Source: Thermoplasmata archaeon (GTDB taxonomy: Archaea > Thermoplasmatota > Thermoplasmata > GCA-020350865). Taken from it: a stretch of 64,000 nucleotides of DNA. Within the stretch, counting starts at the first letter, position 1. The number at the start of each line of letters is the position of its first letter. The translations under genes and the position numbers were made by a program. The notes beneath the pieces were generated by a model. That model saw only the letters and a list, made by a program, of their open reading frames with translations, was not told the DNA's origin and searched no databases. Location: the NCBI GenBank assembly GCA_020348445.1, contig CP070751.1, positions 532,903 through 596,902 on the forward strand, given 5' to 3'. Below, in pieces: positions 10,031 to 19,093 of this stretch.

Positions 10031-10468
10031 ATGGAATCTCGTGAAAACACCGAATTTGTCCCCTCCCCTGAAGAAATCAAGGACATCCTATCGAAGTCGA
10101 AGGTGATAGCAGTTGTAGGGCTCTCCAATGACAGGATGAGGCCAAGCAATAGGATCGGAAAATTCCTCAAGGTCAAAGGTTATAAGGTCATTCCCGTCAA
10201 TCCAAATTACGATTCTGTATTGGATTTGAAGTCGTATCCAACCCTGCTTGATGTTCCAGAAGAAATTGATATTGTAGATATTTTTAGAAAACCAGAAGCC
10301 GTTGGCGATGTGGTTTCCGATGCCATTAAAAAGGGCGTTAAGGTGGTGTGGATGCAGGAGGGCATAATAAATATTGATGCCGCGCAGAAGGCAAAAGAAG
10401 CGGGAATTACAGTGGTAATGGACAGATGCATCTACAAGGAATATGATATACATTTTATGCGTCATTAA
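10031..10468 (+). CDS. CoA-binding domain protein (YccU-like)
   Basis: IAVVGLS, VIPVNP, DIVDIFR, VWMQEG and MDRC motifs. Confidence 0.9.
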   Translation: MESRENTEFVPSPEEIKDILSKSKVIAVVGLSNDRMRPSNRIGKFLKVKGYKVIPVNPNYDSVLDLKSYPTLLDVPEEIDIVDIFRKPEAVGDVVSDAIKKGVKVVWMQEGIINIDAAQKAKEAGITVVMDRCIYKEYDIHFMRH

Positions 10469-10514
10469 TTCATCATGATTGCTTGATGGTTCAATTTCTA
10501 ATGATTTTGTAGGT

Positions 10515-10543
10515 GGGTATGGAGGTGGGGGTAGGTGGGTGGG
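10515..10543 (+). other. Second intergenic G-rich tract with four G3+ runs
   Basis: gggtatggaggtgggggtaggtgggtggg. Confidence 0.35.
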
Positions 10544-10700
10544 TAAATATAATTTTCCTAATACTAAATGATCAAATCCACCGATAATTTCTATCATATT
10601 CGGCACTCCTGACACCTTATTCAGTGACAGCTCAATCTTTATATAGAGTTAACCCTATTGCGGTTATGTTAATACCGTGCAAAACCGCGGAGGTGTAAAA

Positions 10701-11111
10701 ATGGATGAACTCGAAGAGATAAGAGCAAAAAAAATACAGTCATATTGGAATGACATGCAACCACCTGCTGTAACACTTGAAAGGAAGATGCCGAATGTAC
10801 CAATAGAATTAACCGACGAGAACTTTGCTGAAATAATTCAGGAATTCGACTTCATTATCGTGGATTGTTGGGCGCCATGGTGCGGACCCTGCAAGATGCT
10901 TTCTCCTGTAATAGATGAGCTTGCAGGTGACTATGAAGGTAAGTCGGTCTTTGGCAAGCTTAACACAGATATGAACAGACAGGTTGCCACTGAGTTCGGT
11001 ATCATGAGCATCCCAACACTTCTATTTATTAAGAACGGAAGATTGGTTGATACCATCATAGGAGCAGTTCCAAAAGAGGTTATAGTATCAAAAATGAAAA
11101 GGTTTCTCTGA
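10701..11111 (+). CDS. trxA: Thioredoxin
   Basis: WAPWCGPC active site and IMSIPTLL cis-Pro loop. GGAGGTG RBS before ATG 10701. Confidence 0.95.
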   Translation: MDELEEIRAKKIQSYWNDMQPPAVTLERKMPNVPIELTDENFAEIIQEFDFIIVDCWAPWCGPCKMLSPVIDELAGDYEGKSVFGKLNTDMNRQVATEFGIMSIPTLLFIKNGRLVDTIIGAVPKEVIVSKMKRFL

Positions 11112-11137
11112 TGATGCATAAAAAGGGGTTTTGATAA

Positions 11138-11323
11138 ATGCGTGCAATTGTGGATGAAAGTCGATGTTCCGGATGCGAAGCCTGTGTGGGCCTTTGCCCC
11201 ACCGATGCAATATCCATTAAGGAGGGAGTTGCCAAGATCATGGGGCCATTTTGCAAGGGATGCGGATTTTGTATCGAGGATTGTGGGGAGGAAGCAATTA
11301 GAGTCCTTGAAGATGTGTTTTGA
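11138..11323 (+). CDS. 2[4Fe-4S] ferredoxin
   Basis: CSGCEACVGLCP and CKGCGFCIEDC motifs. Confidence 0.9.
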   Translation: MRAIVDESRCSGCEACVGLCPTDAISIKEGVAKIMGPFCKGCGFCIEDCGEEAIRVLEDVF

Positions 11324-11380
11324 CTCCGTACATTGCCATAAAAAACCTTTAAATAAGAAAAGCTTCATGCAACACCCCCT

Positions 11381-13405
11381 ATGAGCATTCTCGTTGTGTG
11401 TGAAAAACAAAACGCTGCAAAACGTATCGCAGTTATACTTTCCAATGGAAAAGCTAGGGAGACATATATCCACAAAGTGCCTGTCTATTTTTTTGAAAGA
11501 AAAGGGACGAATTACGCTGTAATCGGTCTTCGTGGCCATATCCTGGAATTGGACTACCCTGAGCAGTATCTGGGATGGCATAGGATAAAACCAAGGGAAC
11601 TAACACATATTGCCCCTGAGAAGAGGGTGTCCAAGGGTGCAAGGAACATAGTTTCTGCCCTAAAGGACCTTGCAAGGGAAAATGAGGGAGTAATCATTGC
11701 CACAGATTATGACAGGGAAGGTGAGTTAATTGGTGTAGAGGGCCTGGACATAGTAAAGGATATAAATCCAAGATTGGAGGTGAAAAGAGCGAGGTTCAGC
11801 GCCCTGACAAAGGATGAGGTAGAAGGTGCTTTTCAGAATTTGGTTGATGTTGATTACAACCTTTCAGCATCGGCAGAGTCAAGGCAGGTCGTGGATCTGG
11901 CATGGGGAGCTTCCCTTACAAGATTCATATCAATTGCATCCAATCAAAGTGGTAAGGATTTTCTATCAGTTGGAAGGGTTCAGAGCCCAACATTGGCATT
12001 GCTTGTAGATAGGGAGAAGGAAATCGAAAGTTTCGAGCCTGAACCTTACTGGGAAATCGAGGCGAAATTGGAGAAGAAGAATAAGTTCACTGCAAAACAC
12101 ATAAACGGGAGGTTCAAGGACAAGAATGAGGCCAAGAAGGTACAAAAGAGGGCAGAAGGTTCAGAGAATGGTATCGTCGCAAAAGTCATAAAAAAAGAAA
12201 AAAAGGACAAACCTCCTGCGCCGTATAACACCACCGCATTTCTCAGGGATGCCACAAGGCAGGGATTCACGGCAGCAAGGGCCATGGCTGTTGCAGAGGA
12301 TCTTTATACCAATGGATTCATAAGCTACCCCAGAACAGACAACACCGTATATCCAAAGTCACTTAATTTGAGAAATCTTTTGGAAAAAATGAAGAATTCC
12401 GAGTTTTCCTCGGAGGCTTCCGAGCTTCTAGCAATACCCCGACTTATCCCCACAAGGGGAAAAACACTCGCAACGGACCACCCCCCGATTCACCCCACAG
12501 GTGCAGCCAAGAAGAAGGACTTAAACAGGAATCAATGGAAGGTTTACGAACTTGTTGCAAGAAGGTTTTTTGCCACATTGGCAAAACCTGCCGTCCAAGA
12601 GGTTACGAATGTAGAAATCGATCTTAGCAAAGAGATTTTCACAACCAACGGACTCAGATTTATCGACCTCGGTTGGAGAAAGTATTTTCCTTATTACACC
12701 CCCAAGGAGAAAATTCTGCCCAAAATGATAGAAGGGGATATGGTGAAAGTTCTAGGGGTGGAGATGATCGAGGATCAAACCAAGCCTCCAAACAGGTATG
12801 GACAGGGAGCCCTTATCGCCGAAATGGAGAGACTCGGCCTTGGAACCAAAAGCACCCGCCATGAGATAATCCAAAAGCTCTACGGAAGAGGCTACGTAAA
12901 AGATTCCCCGCCAAAACCCACACCCTCTGGCATAGCTGTAATAGAGGCATTAGAGGAGCATGCCAGGACCATCACCAGGGCCAGGATGACAAGTACCCTT
13001 GAAAATGACATGGCAGAGGTTGCTGAGGGAAAGAAGGATTTTGTAGATGTTGTGAATGAATCACAGGAGATGCTGGACAAGGTCTTCATAATACTTGAGG
13101 AAAACAAGGAGAATATAGGAAGCTCCATAAAAGAGGCCTTGAAGAAGCAGAGGATCGTCGGGGAGTGTCAGCGGTGTGGTGGAGAACTTTTGATAACCCG
13201 CTCGCGGCGGGGCAAGAGATTTGTTGGCTGCTCGAATTTCCCGAAATGCAGAAACTCTTACGCCTTACCTCAAAGGGGAAAGCTCGATTTTGCAGATTTC
13301 ACTTGCGAGAAGTGCGGGGCACCCATGATAAAGTTCGGAAGAGGCAGGGGAAGGAAAAAGGACGTATGCATAAACATGAAGTGCGAGGCAAGTAAGGTCT
13401 CTTAG
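11381..13405 (+). CDS. topA: Type IA DNA topoisomerase
   Basis: TOPRIM VCEK, GHI, ATDYDREGE, SVGRVQSP, active-site ISYPRTD, DHPPIHPT, GLGTKSTR and C-terminal Zn ribbons. Confidence 0.97.
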   Translation: MSILVVCEKQNAAKRIAVILSNGKARETYIHKVPVYFFERKGTNYAVIGLRGHILELDYPEQYLGWHRIKPRELTHIAPEKRVSKGARNIVSALKDLARENEGVIIATDYDREGELIGVEGLDIVKDINPRLEVKRARFSALTKDEVEGAFQNLVDVDYNLSASAESRQVVDLAWGASLTRFISIASNQSGKDFLSVGRVQSPTLALLVDREKEIESFEPEPYWEIEAKLEKKNKFTAKHINGRFKDKNEAKKVQKRAEGSENGIVAKVIKKEKKDKPPAPYNTTAFLRDATRQGFTAARAMAVAEDLYTNGFISYPRTDNTVYPKSLNLRNLLEKMKNSEFSSEASELLAIPRLIPTRGKTLATDHPPIHPTGAAKKKDLNRNQWKVYELVARRFFATLAKPAVQEVTNVEIDLSKEIFTTNGLRFIDLGWRKYFPYYTPKEKILPKMIEGDMVKVLGVEMIEDQTKPPNRYGQGALIAEMERLGLGTKSTRHEIIQKLYGRGYVKDSPPKPTPSGIAVIEALEEHARTITRARMTSTLENDMAEVAEGKKDFVDVVNESQEMLDKVFIILEENKENIGSSIKEALKKQRIVGECQRCGGELLITRSRRGKRFVGCSNFPKCRNSYALPQRGKLDFADFTCEKCGAPMIKFGRGRGRKKDVCINMKCEASKVS

Positions 13406-13485
13406 ATATGACAGGATCCTTTTATTCAACAATTCCATTATTTAACAAGATTGTTATGTAAAATACGATATGTACCAACGGATAT

Positions 13486-14208
13486 TCACCTCTCCCTCAT
13501 ATCTTCTATCAACTTAACAAGTTCATTTATTATAAAATCGTTGATTTCATTTCCTTTTTCTTTTGAAGCATCCCTTGGATCACCCATAACACCCGAAGGA
13601 AAATATTTTTCTGGATCTGGTAGAACCATGAACTTTGGGGGTCTATCTTTACCTGCTGTGCCTTTTCCTTTTACCAAGTCCCCCCTTATAGCCATTACCC
13701 TTGAGGTTTCTATTAAACCTGAATGACTGTCGTCATTTGGTATGCTCTCATCAGAATCTAGCAGATCATACGCGATATCGTAGTCCGAGAGAACCATGAT
13801 ATTGACCTTGTTCTCCCGAACCACCTTCTCTGCAGCCAAACGCAGAGCTGCCATGTGCACCCTGCCAGCGTGACCCGAAAGCACCACTATGTTTTTAATG
13901 CCGTTTCGTAAGAACTCGGAGAGAATATCGTAAACTAGAGAGCGTAGGGTATCAAAGGAGATTGTTATGGTTCCCGCTAGGTTCCTTGTGGAGGAACAAA
14001 ATCCGTACCTTATGGGAGGGGCTATTAGGGCTTTTGTCTGCTGGGCAACCTTTTCTGCCACATATTCCGGCTGAATGGAATCCGTACATAAAGGTAAATG
14101 AGAGCCGTGCCCCTCTATTGCACCGATGGGTAAAATAACCACTGTATTCTCGTTTACATTTTCCTTGAATTCCTTCATAGAGAGCTCGTCGAGGTACATG
14201 AACATCAC
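13486..14208 (-). CDS. Creatininase family amidohydrolase (creatininase/ArfB-like)
   Basis: PIGAIEGHGSHLP, SGHAG and DSHSGLIETS metal-ligand motifs. The start may be ATG 14205 or 14199. Confidence 0.85.
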   Translation of the reverse strand: MMFMYLDELSMKEFKENVNENTVVILPIGAIEGHGSHLPLCTDSIQPEYVAEKVAQQTKALIAPPIRYGFCSSTRNLAGTITISFDTLRSLVYDILSEFLRNGIKNIVVLSGHAGRVHMAALRLAAEKVVRENKVNIMVLSDYDIAYDLLDSDESIPNDDSHSGLIETSRVMAIRGDLVKGKGTAGKDRPPKFMVLPDPEKYFPSGVMGDPRDASKEKGNEINDFIINELVKLIEDMRER

Positions 14209-14323
14209 GGGTACGGCATTAAAATGAAATATGAAAAAGGTTTTGATTGGAACTTAGGCAGAAACGAAACAAACCACCACAACGTTTTTTAAGCAAGCTC
14301 GCGTTTATAGAAATGGTGAGTTT

Positions 14324-14848
14324 ATGCGAAGGAGCCTGGCATTATATACGATTATAACTACATTCTGTGTCTTTGCAGGGATTGCCAGTGCAGGGGAACC
14401 GGATGTATCTGCAAATAATGTAATTGGTATTGAGCCAGAAGAGGAATTCGACTTGGTGATATTTGTTGAGAGTCATGCCGATGATTCGAACTACACCGTG
14501 ATAGTCACATTGCACAGGAGGTTCGAGTTCGTTGAGAATAAAAGTGACATGATCATCTCAGGCGATGAAGCCTCGATAACTCTTGAGGGGGATGATAAAG
14601 ATGAATTGAGGTTCGAATTTCCCATGATGGCCGAAGAGGATACTCCTGAAGGTAGTTATCACATAGACTATGAAGCATATTGGAATGGATCAGAGACTGA
14701 CTTCGAAAATAAGCTCATTAAAATGGACTCGGTTCGTGTTTCTGTGGGAGAGGGAGGAAGAAGTTCCTGTTCCACCACAGATTTTTTAATACTACCTGTC
14801 CTGGCAATAGGACTTGTATTCTGTATAGTCAAAAAGGAGAAAAGGTGA
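14324..14848 (+). CDS. Hypothetical secreted protein with a C-terminal membrane anchor
   Basis: N-terminal signal peptide MRRSLALYTIITTFCVFAGIASA. C-terminus GEGGRSSCST + hydrophobic helix + KKEKR. Confidence 0.7.
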   Translation: MRRSLALYTIITTFCVFAGIASAGEPDVSANNVIGIEPEEEFDLVIFVESHADDSNYTVIVTLHRRFEFVENKSDMIISGDEASITLEGDDKDELRFEFPMMAEEDTPEGSYHIDYEAYWNGSETDFENKLIKMDSVRVSVGEGGRSSCSTTDFLILPVLAIGLVFCIVKKEKR

Positions 14849-14853
14849 TTATC

Positions 14854-15123
14854 ATGGAGCCAAGGGTATTTTCAAGCGGAAAAATGCGATCTGCAAGGGG
14901 ATTTTCAACCCTGGAACTTAAGAAAGCAAGAATCGATGTCAGGATTGCTAAGAGATTGGGATTGAGGGTGGATTTTAGAAGAAAAACAGCCTACGATGAG
15001 AACATCAAGCTCATAAAAGAAAAGCTCGAGGATGAGAAAAAGAAGAGAGAAATAAAGAAGAAAACGAAGAAAGGGAAGGTTGAAAAGGCCAAGAAAGTAC
15101 CCAAATCTAAAAAAGAGGATTAA
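14854..15123 (+). CDS. rpl13e: Ribosomal protein L13e-like (eL13)
   Basis: RSARGFSTLELKKA...AKRLGLRVDFRRKTAYDEN matches the eL13 core (GRGFSxxEL...LGxxVDxRR...EN). AGGTGA RBS before ATG 14854. Confidence 0.85.
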   Translation: MEPRVFSSGKMRSARGFSTLELKKARIDVRIAKRLGLRVDFRRKTAYDENIKLIKEKLEDEKKKREIKKKTKKGKVEKAKKVPKSKKED

Positions 15124-15137
15124 TTAGAATAAAAATG

Positions 15138-16226
15138 TCAAGGTCTAACACGTTTTAATCTCACATACTCGGATTTTACTTTGTCCACTCTTCCCAAAAG
15201 CAGCTCCTTTTTTACTCCGTGAGCCAGTCGAACTGCCCTGGAAATCTCAGGCCATGTACTGTGGTAGGTTTTGGAAACTGCATGTACCAAATATAGGGCG
15301 TGCTCCTTGTCTGGATCCCCTTTGTAGACCCTAAAGTGCGTACCGTACTTGAATCCAGTTTTAACGATGAGGCCCCTGCTCTTCAGATCCTTGTACACCT
15401 TCAGCCTGACACCGAAATCAGGCTGGATTTTCTTTGCTTTTCTCGTGAATTGATTAAAGTTGATTCTCCTGCCCGATTTTGCGTCCCTCACCAAAAGGGC
15501 ATCCATTTCTAGTAGGTACGCTGTTTCTAATAGAGAAAGCTGCAATCCCTCTCCAATGAACTTTCCAAAGAATTCGGCATCATGTAGGATATCTGCCTCT
15601 TCTGAATCTGAAATCATGACCCTGTCCCCAAAAAAAAGAGCCTCGCACTGGATCTCAAACTCCTTTGTTTTTATGCGGCCCTTGGGTCGAATTAGCTTTG
15701 CCTGGTAATAGGTTAGATCACCCTCCTCGTCAACGATACCGATAAGTAGTTTCTTTCTGGCCTTAAGGACACTTCTGATGTGGTGAACCATTCCCTCCAT
15801 GTCAAATACGCCGCGCTCGCTTGCCGCATACACCCAGAATTTTGACGGATTTTTCGAGGGTTTTCCACCCCTTGGAAATACACGAAAATGCATTGGTGAA
15901 ATGTCGGGTTTGACAACGTATCCCCTCATCCTCAAATCCCTGTAGACTATGTACTTTATTTCAAAATCAGGATAGAGCTTGTTTGCATAGCGAAAGAGCC
16001 TTACGTAGTTCACCCTCCTTCTATTACGTTTAATATCCAATCTCCCTGATTCAAAAAGATATACGGCTTCTATTAAACCCAGCTTTAGTCCTCCACCTGA
16101 AAGAGGTGTGCCGTAATACCCTTTATTGTAGATCTGGCTGGCCTCCTTTTCGTCTTTTACCTCAACGAAGTCCTCGATCAACTCACCAGGCAAATTTCCA
16201 ACCTCTCTATCATCTATAAATTGCAT
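15138..16226 (-). CDS. endA: tRNA splicing endonuclease, two-unit (alpha2) type
   Basis: Two repeated units. The C-terminal unit has KTGFKYGTHFRVY, EHA and AHGVKK (catalytic Tyr/His/Lys). Confidence 0.93.
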   Translation of the reverse strand: MQFIDDREVGNLPGELIEDFVEVKDEKEASQIYNKGYYGTPLSGGGLKLGLIEAVYLFESGRLDIKRNRRRVNYVRLFRYANKLYPDFEIKYIVYRDLRMRGYVVKPDISPMHFRVFPRGGKPSKNPSKFWVYAASERGVFDMEGMVHHIRSVLKARKKLLIGIVDEEGDLTYYQAKLIRPKGRIKTKEFEIQCEALFFGDRVMISDSEEADILHDAEFFGKFIGEGLQLSLLETAYLLEMDALLVRDAKSGRRINFNQFTRKAKKIQPDFGVRLKVYKDLKSRGLIVKTGFKYGTHFRVYKGDPDKEHALYLVHAVSKTYHSTWPEISRAVRLAHGVKKELLLGRVDKVKSEYVRLKRVRP

Positions 16227-17049
16227 CCGTCATTTTCACTGCTCTTTTTACTTCCTTTACATTGTGTACCCTAACGATATCTGCACCATTTATTATGCTC
16301 ATGGTCACGGTTGCCAATGTACCTTCAAGCCTCTCATCAACATCCAAGCCCAACGTCGTGCCGATAAATGATTTTCTCGAGGTTCCAATTAGGATCGGGA
16401 AGTTCAATTCCCTAAGTTCTCTCAACCTCTTTATTATATCATAATTGTTCTGGAGGGTCTTTCCAAAACCAATTCCTGGATCGATAATTATATTTTCTCT
16501 GGGTACGCCTTGGGAAACTGCAAAAGCTGCTCTTTCTTTCAAGAATTCCTTGATATCCTCCATAACATCGTTGTATACGGGATTCTTCTGCATGTTCTTT
16601 GGGGTGCCCTGCATATGCATGAGAACTATGGGGACTTCACATTTTGCAGCCATTTCCGCGATTTTGGGATCAAAGCGCGCAGCTGAGATATCGTTGATAA
16701 TACAGGCTCCCGCATTCAATGCAGCCTTTGCCACTTCGGATTTGCAGGTGTCGATTGAGATGGGTACATTCACCTCATCAGCTATGCCTTCTATTACAGG
16801 TATTACCCTCTTCTGCTCCTCCTCTTGGGTTACAGAATCGGAACCGGGGCGTGTGGACTCACCACCAATATCGATTATGTCAGCACCTTCTTTTACAAGT
16901 TGTTTTGCATGGGAGATAGCCAACTTGGAATCATAGAACTGGCCCCCATCTGAGAATGAATCGGGTGTGACATTCACAATACCCATAATCAGGGTTCTTT
17001 TTCCCAGTGCAAGGGAGTAATTGCCACATCTTATTATTCTAGATGACAT
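16210..17049 (-). CDS. folP: Dihydropteroate synthase
   Basis: MGIVNVTPDSFSDGG, DIGGESTRPG, DPGIGFGK, GTSRKSF and IVRVHNV motifs. Confidence 0.95.
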   Translation of the reverse strand: MSSRIIRCGNYSLALGKRTLIMGIVNVTPDSFSDGGQFYDSKLAISHAKQLVKEGADIIDIGGESTRPGSDSVTQEEEQKRVIPVIEGIADEVNVPISIDTCKSEVAKAALNAGACIINDISAARFDPKIAEMAAKCEVPIVLMHMQGTPKNMQKNPVYNDVMEDIKEFLKERAAFAVSQGVPRENIIIDPGIGFGKTLQNNYDIIKRLRELRELNFPILIGTSRKSFIGTTLGLDVDERLEGTLATVTMSIINGADIVRVHNVKEVKRAVKMTDAIYR

Positions 17050-17168
17050 TAATATCCTCTTTTATTAGTAAAGTCGATATAGTAATTCATTATTTTAAGC
17101 TATAGGTTGACATGCATTTAATACAAAATTTTTTTATCCCTCCAGTACAATAAAGAGTACAGAGGTAG

Positions 17169-17480
17169 ATGAAAATGTTGGCAGAGTTTACCATTTTCCC
17201 CATAGGAAAGGATGTCAGTCTCAGCAAGTACGTGGCAAGAAGCCTTAGACTCATCGATGAAAGCGGCCTTTCATACAGAATCAATCCCATGGGCACTGTG
17301 GTCGAAGGTTCATGGGATGAGGTAATGGAGCTTGTGAAAAAATGTCATATGGCGATACTTGAAGATACTGAGAGGGTATCCACCACCATTAAAATCGACG
17401 ACAGAAAAGGTGTTGTCAACGCACTTGACAGGAAGATCAAAAGCGTAGAGGAGAAGGTTGGAAAGGAACTTAAGAAGTGA
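17169..17480 (+). CDS. Thiamine-binding/MTH1187 (UPF0045) family protein
   Basis: AEFTIFPIG, SKYVA, NPMGTVVEG and IKIDDR motifs. Confidence 0.88.
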   Translation: MKMLAEFTIFPIGKDVSLSKYVARSLRLIDESGLSYRINPMGTVVEGSWDEVMELVKKCHMAILEDTERVSTTIKIDDRKGVVNALDRKIKSVEEKVGKELKK

Positions 17481-17618
17481 AAAATGGTAACTCAAAAACT
17501 TCTTTCAACCCCCGATACAGCCATGTATTGGGCAGAATCCTACCAAAAAAAAATCAAAAACATTATATACAGACACATATATTCTCCAATATATAGGAAT
17601 ATATGGCAGGTTAAAGTA

Positions 17619-17630
17619 AGGTTATAACCT
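17619..17630. promoter_or_regulatory. Perfect palindrome AGGTTATAACCT (candidate operator or bidirectional TATA)
   Basis: Read directly. The same GGTTATAACC core recurs at 40408 and 40518. Confidence 0.4.
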
Positions 17631-17658
17631 CAAATTTCCATGGAAAAATGGTGAATTT

Positions 17659-18387
17659 ATGGCCATCTCGGAAGAAGGGCAATCTACGCAGAAAGCAAAG
17701 AAACCAGTTTCCCCCATAATAATCTTGATAATAGCATTTATTTTCATATTATGGATGATGCTATTGTTCACTAATAAGAGTGTCTACGACGATTATGGAA
17801 TGGAGATAAGCAGGGAATGGTGGGTTTACATAGGTTCCATTGTAATGATCATCTTAATCTGCGTTCTTATGGTTGCTGGGTTTCCTTCGAGAGTTAAGCT
17901 TCAGGAAATGGTCTCTGCCCAGGCAGAAACATCATCTGCGGGGGAAGGTGCTGCGGGTGAGGCTCCAAAGGGTGTCGTGATCACAGAGATGAAAACAGTT
18001 ACTGCGACGCCAGTACCAGTTGAAGCTGAGATCGCTGTGGTTGAGGCCGAACCAATCGTGGTCGAGGCGGAAATAGTGGAGGCAGAGGTGGTGGAGGAGG
18101 AGGAAAAAGAGGTAAAAAAAGACCTGAAAACCAAAAAACCCAGGCTCATTGAATACCCCAAGAAAGTACCGGGCGGTGTTTACGGTGACACCATCATAAG
18201 GGTGGATCCAAGAACGAAGTTGAATACAAGAACACTGCTGGTCAGATCCTGCATGATATGCGATCGTCAGGGCAAATGCTGGGAAGAAGTTCAGGACACA
18301 GTCCCGGAAGATATATTCTTGGAGAACATCGAATGTAAAAAGGGTCTTCGGAAGCATAAGAGTGCGGGAGGGAGTTCCCCGGGATAA
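17659..18387 (+). CDS. Hypothetical 2-TM membrane protein with a Glu/Val-rich linker and a Cys-containing C-terminal domain
   Basis: Two hydrophobic helices, VEAE repeats, and SCMIC...C...C. Confidence 0.7.
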   Translation: MAISEEGQSTQKAKKPVSPIIILIIAFIFILWMMLLFTNKSVYDDYGMEISREWWVYIGSIVMIILICVLMVAGFPSRVKLQEMVSAQAETSSAGEGAAGEAPKGVVITEMKTVTATPVPVEAEIAVVEAEPIVVEAEIVEAEVVEEEEKEVKKDLKTKKPRLIEYPKKVPGGVYGDTIIRVDPRTKLNTRTLLVRSCMICDRQGKCWEEVQDTVPEDIFLENIECKKGLRKHKSAGGSSPG

Positions 18388-18557
18388 ATATAGAAGAGGA
18401 GCGATTCTGAAGATACTTTCATGTCATTACGAATCTAACTCAGTTATTTTTTCTTTAAGGATGCAAGATACTCCAAGGCAGAAGGTATAGCATACAACAA
18501 TTTTTAAGTAGTAAAAAGAGTATGCCTTTTCCTCCCGTAAACTGCTGGAGGACAAAA

Positions 18558-19013
18558 ATGGCAAGAATTCATGCAAGAAAAAAGGGAAAATCCTCATCCA
18601 CAAGACCATATAAACCCGAACCGCCTGAATGGATCACCATGAAGCCAAAAGAAATTGAAAGAACCGTAATCAGGCTCGCTGACGAAGGGCATTCAACCAG
18701 CGAAATAGGAATGAAACTTCGTGATCAATTTGGTGTGCCCAGCGTCAAGTTATCAACAGGAAAGAGCATCTTGAAAATTCTTGCTGAAAATAAACGATCG
18801 CCAAAGCTTCCAGAGGATCTAAAAAACCTGATGAAAAGGGCTGTAAATATAGGTGAACACCTTTCTGAGAATCCAAAGGATATCCACAACCAAAGGGCAT
18901 TGGGGTTGACGGAGGCTAAGATTCGGAGACTTATACGTTATTATAAATCTCAAGGCACACTGCCAGAGGATTGGGAATATAACCTCAAGACGGCAAAACT
19001 TTTGGTAGAATGA
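18558..19013 (+). CDS. rps15: 30S ribosomal protein S15 (uS15, archaeal S13e-like)
   Basis: MARIHARKKGKSSSTRP, IGMKLRDQFGVP, LPEDL and EAKIRRLIRYYK motifs. GGAGG RBS before ATG 18558. Confidence 0.97.
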   Translation: MARIHARKKGKSSSTRPYKPEPPEWITMKPKEIERTVIRLADEGHSTSEIGMKLRDQFGVPSVKLSTGKSILKILAENKRSPKLPEDLKNLMKRAVNIGEHLSENPKDIHNQRALGLTEAKIRRLIRYYKSQGTLPEDWEYNLKTAKLLVE

Positions 19014-19093
19014 TTTGCATTTACACTTCTTATCCAAAATAGGGTATTCTCCAAATTTGGAGTATCTCATGAATAGAGCGGAGGAAAATAAAG

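Noticed and set aside
10088-10615. 175-aa - strand ORF with a poly-Pro stretch
   Set aside because: Mostly antisense to the CoA-binding gene. The Pro run just reflects the G-rich tract, and no family is recognisable.
10931-11581. 216-aa - strand ORF
   Set aside because: It is antisense to trxA, the ferredoxin and topA.
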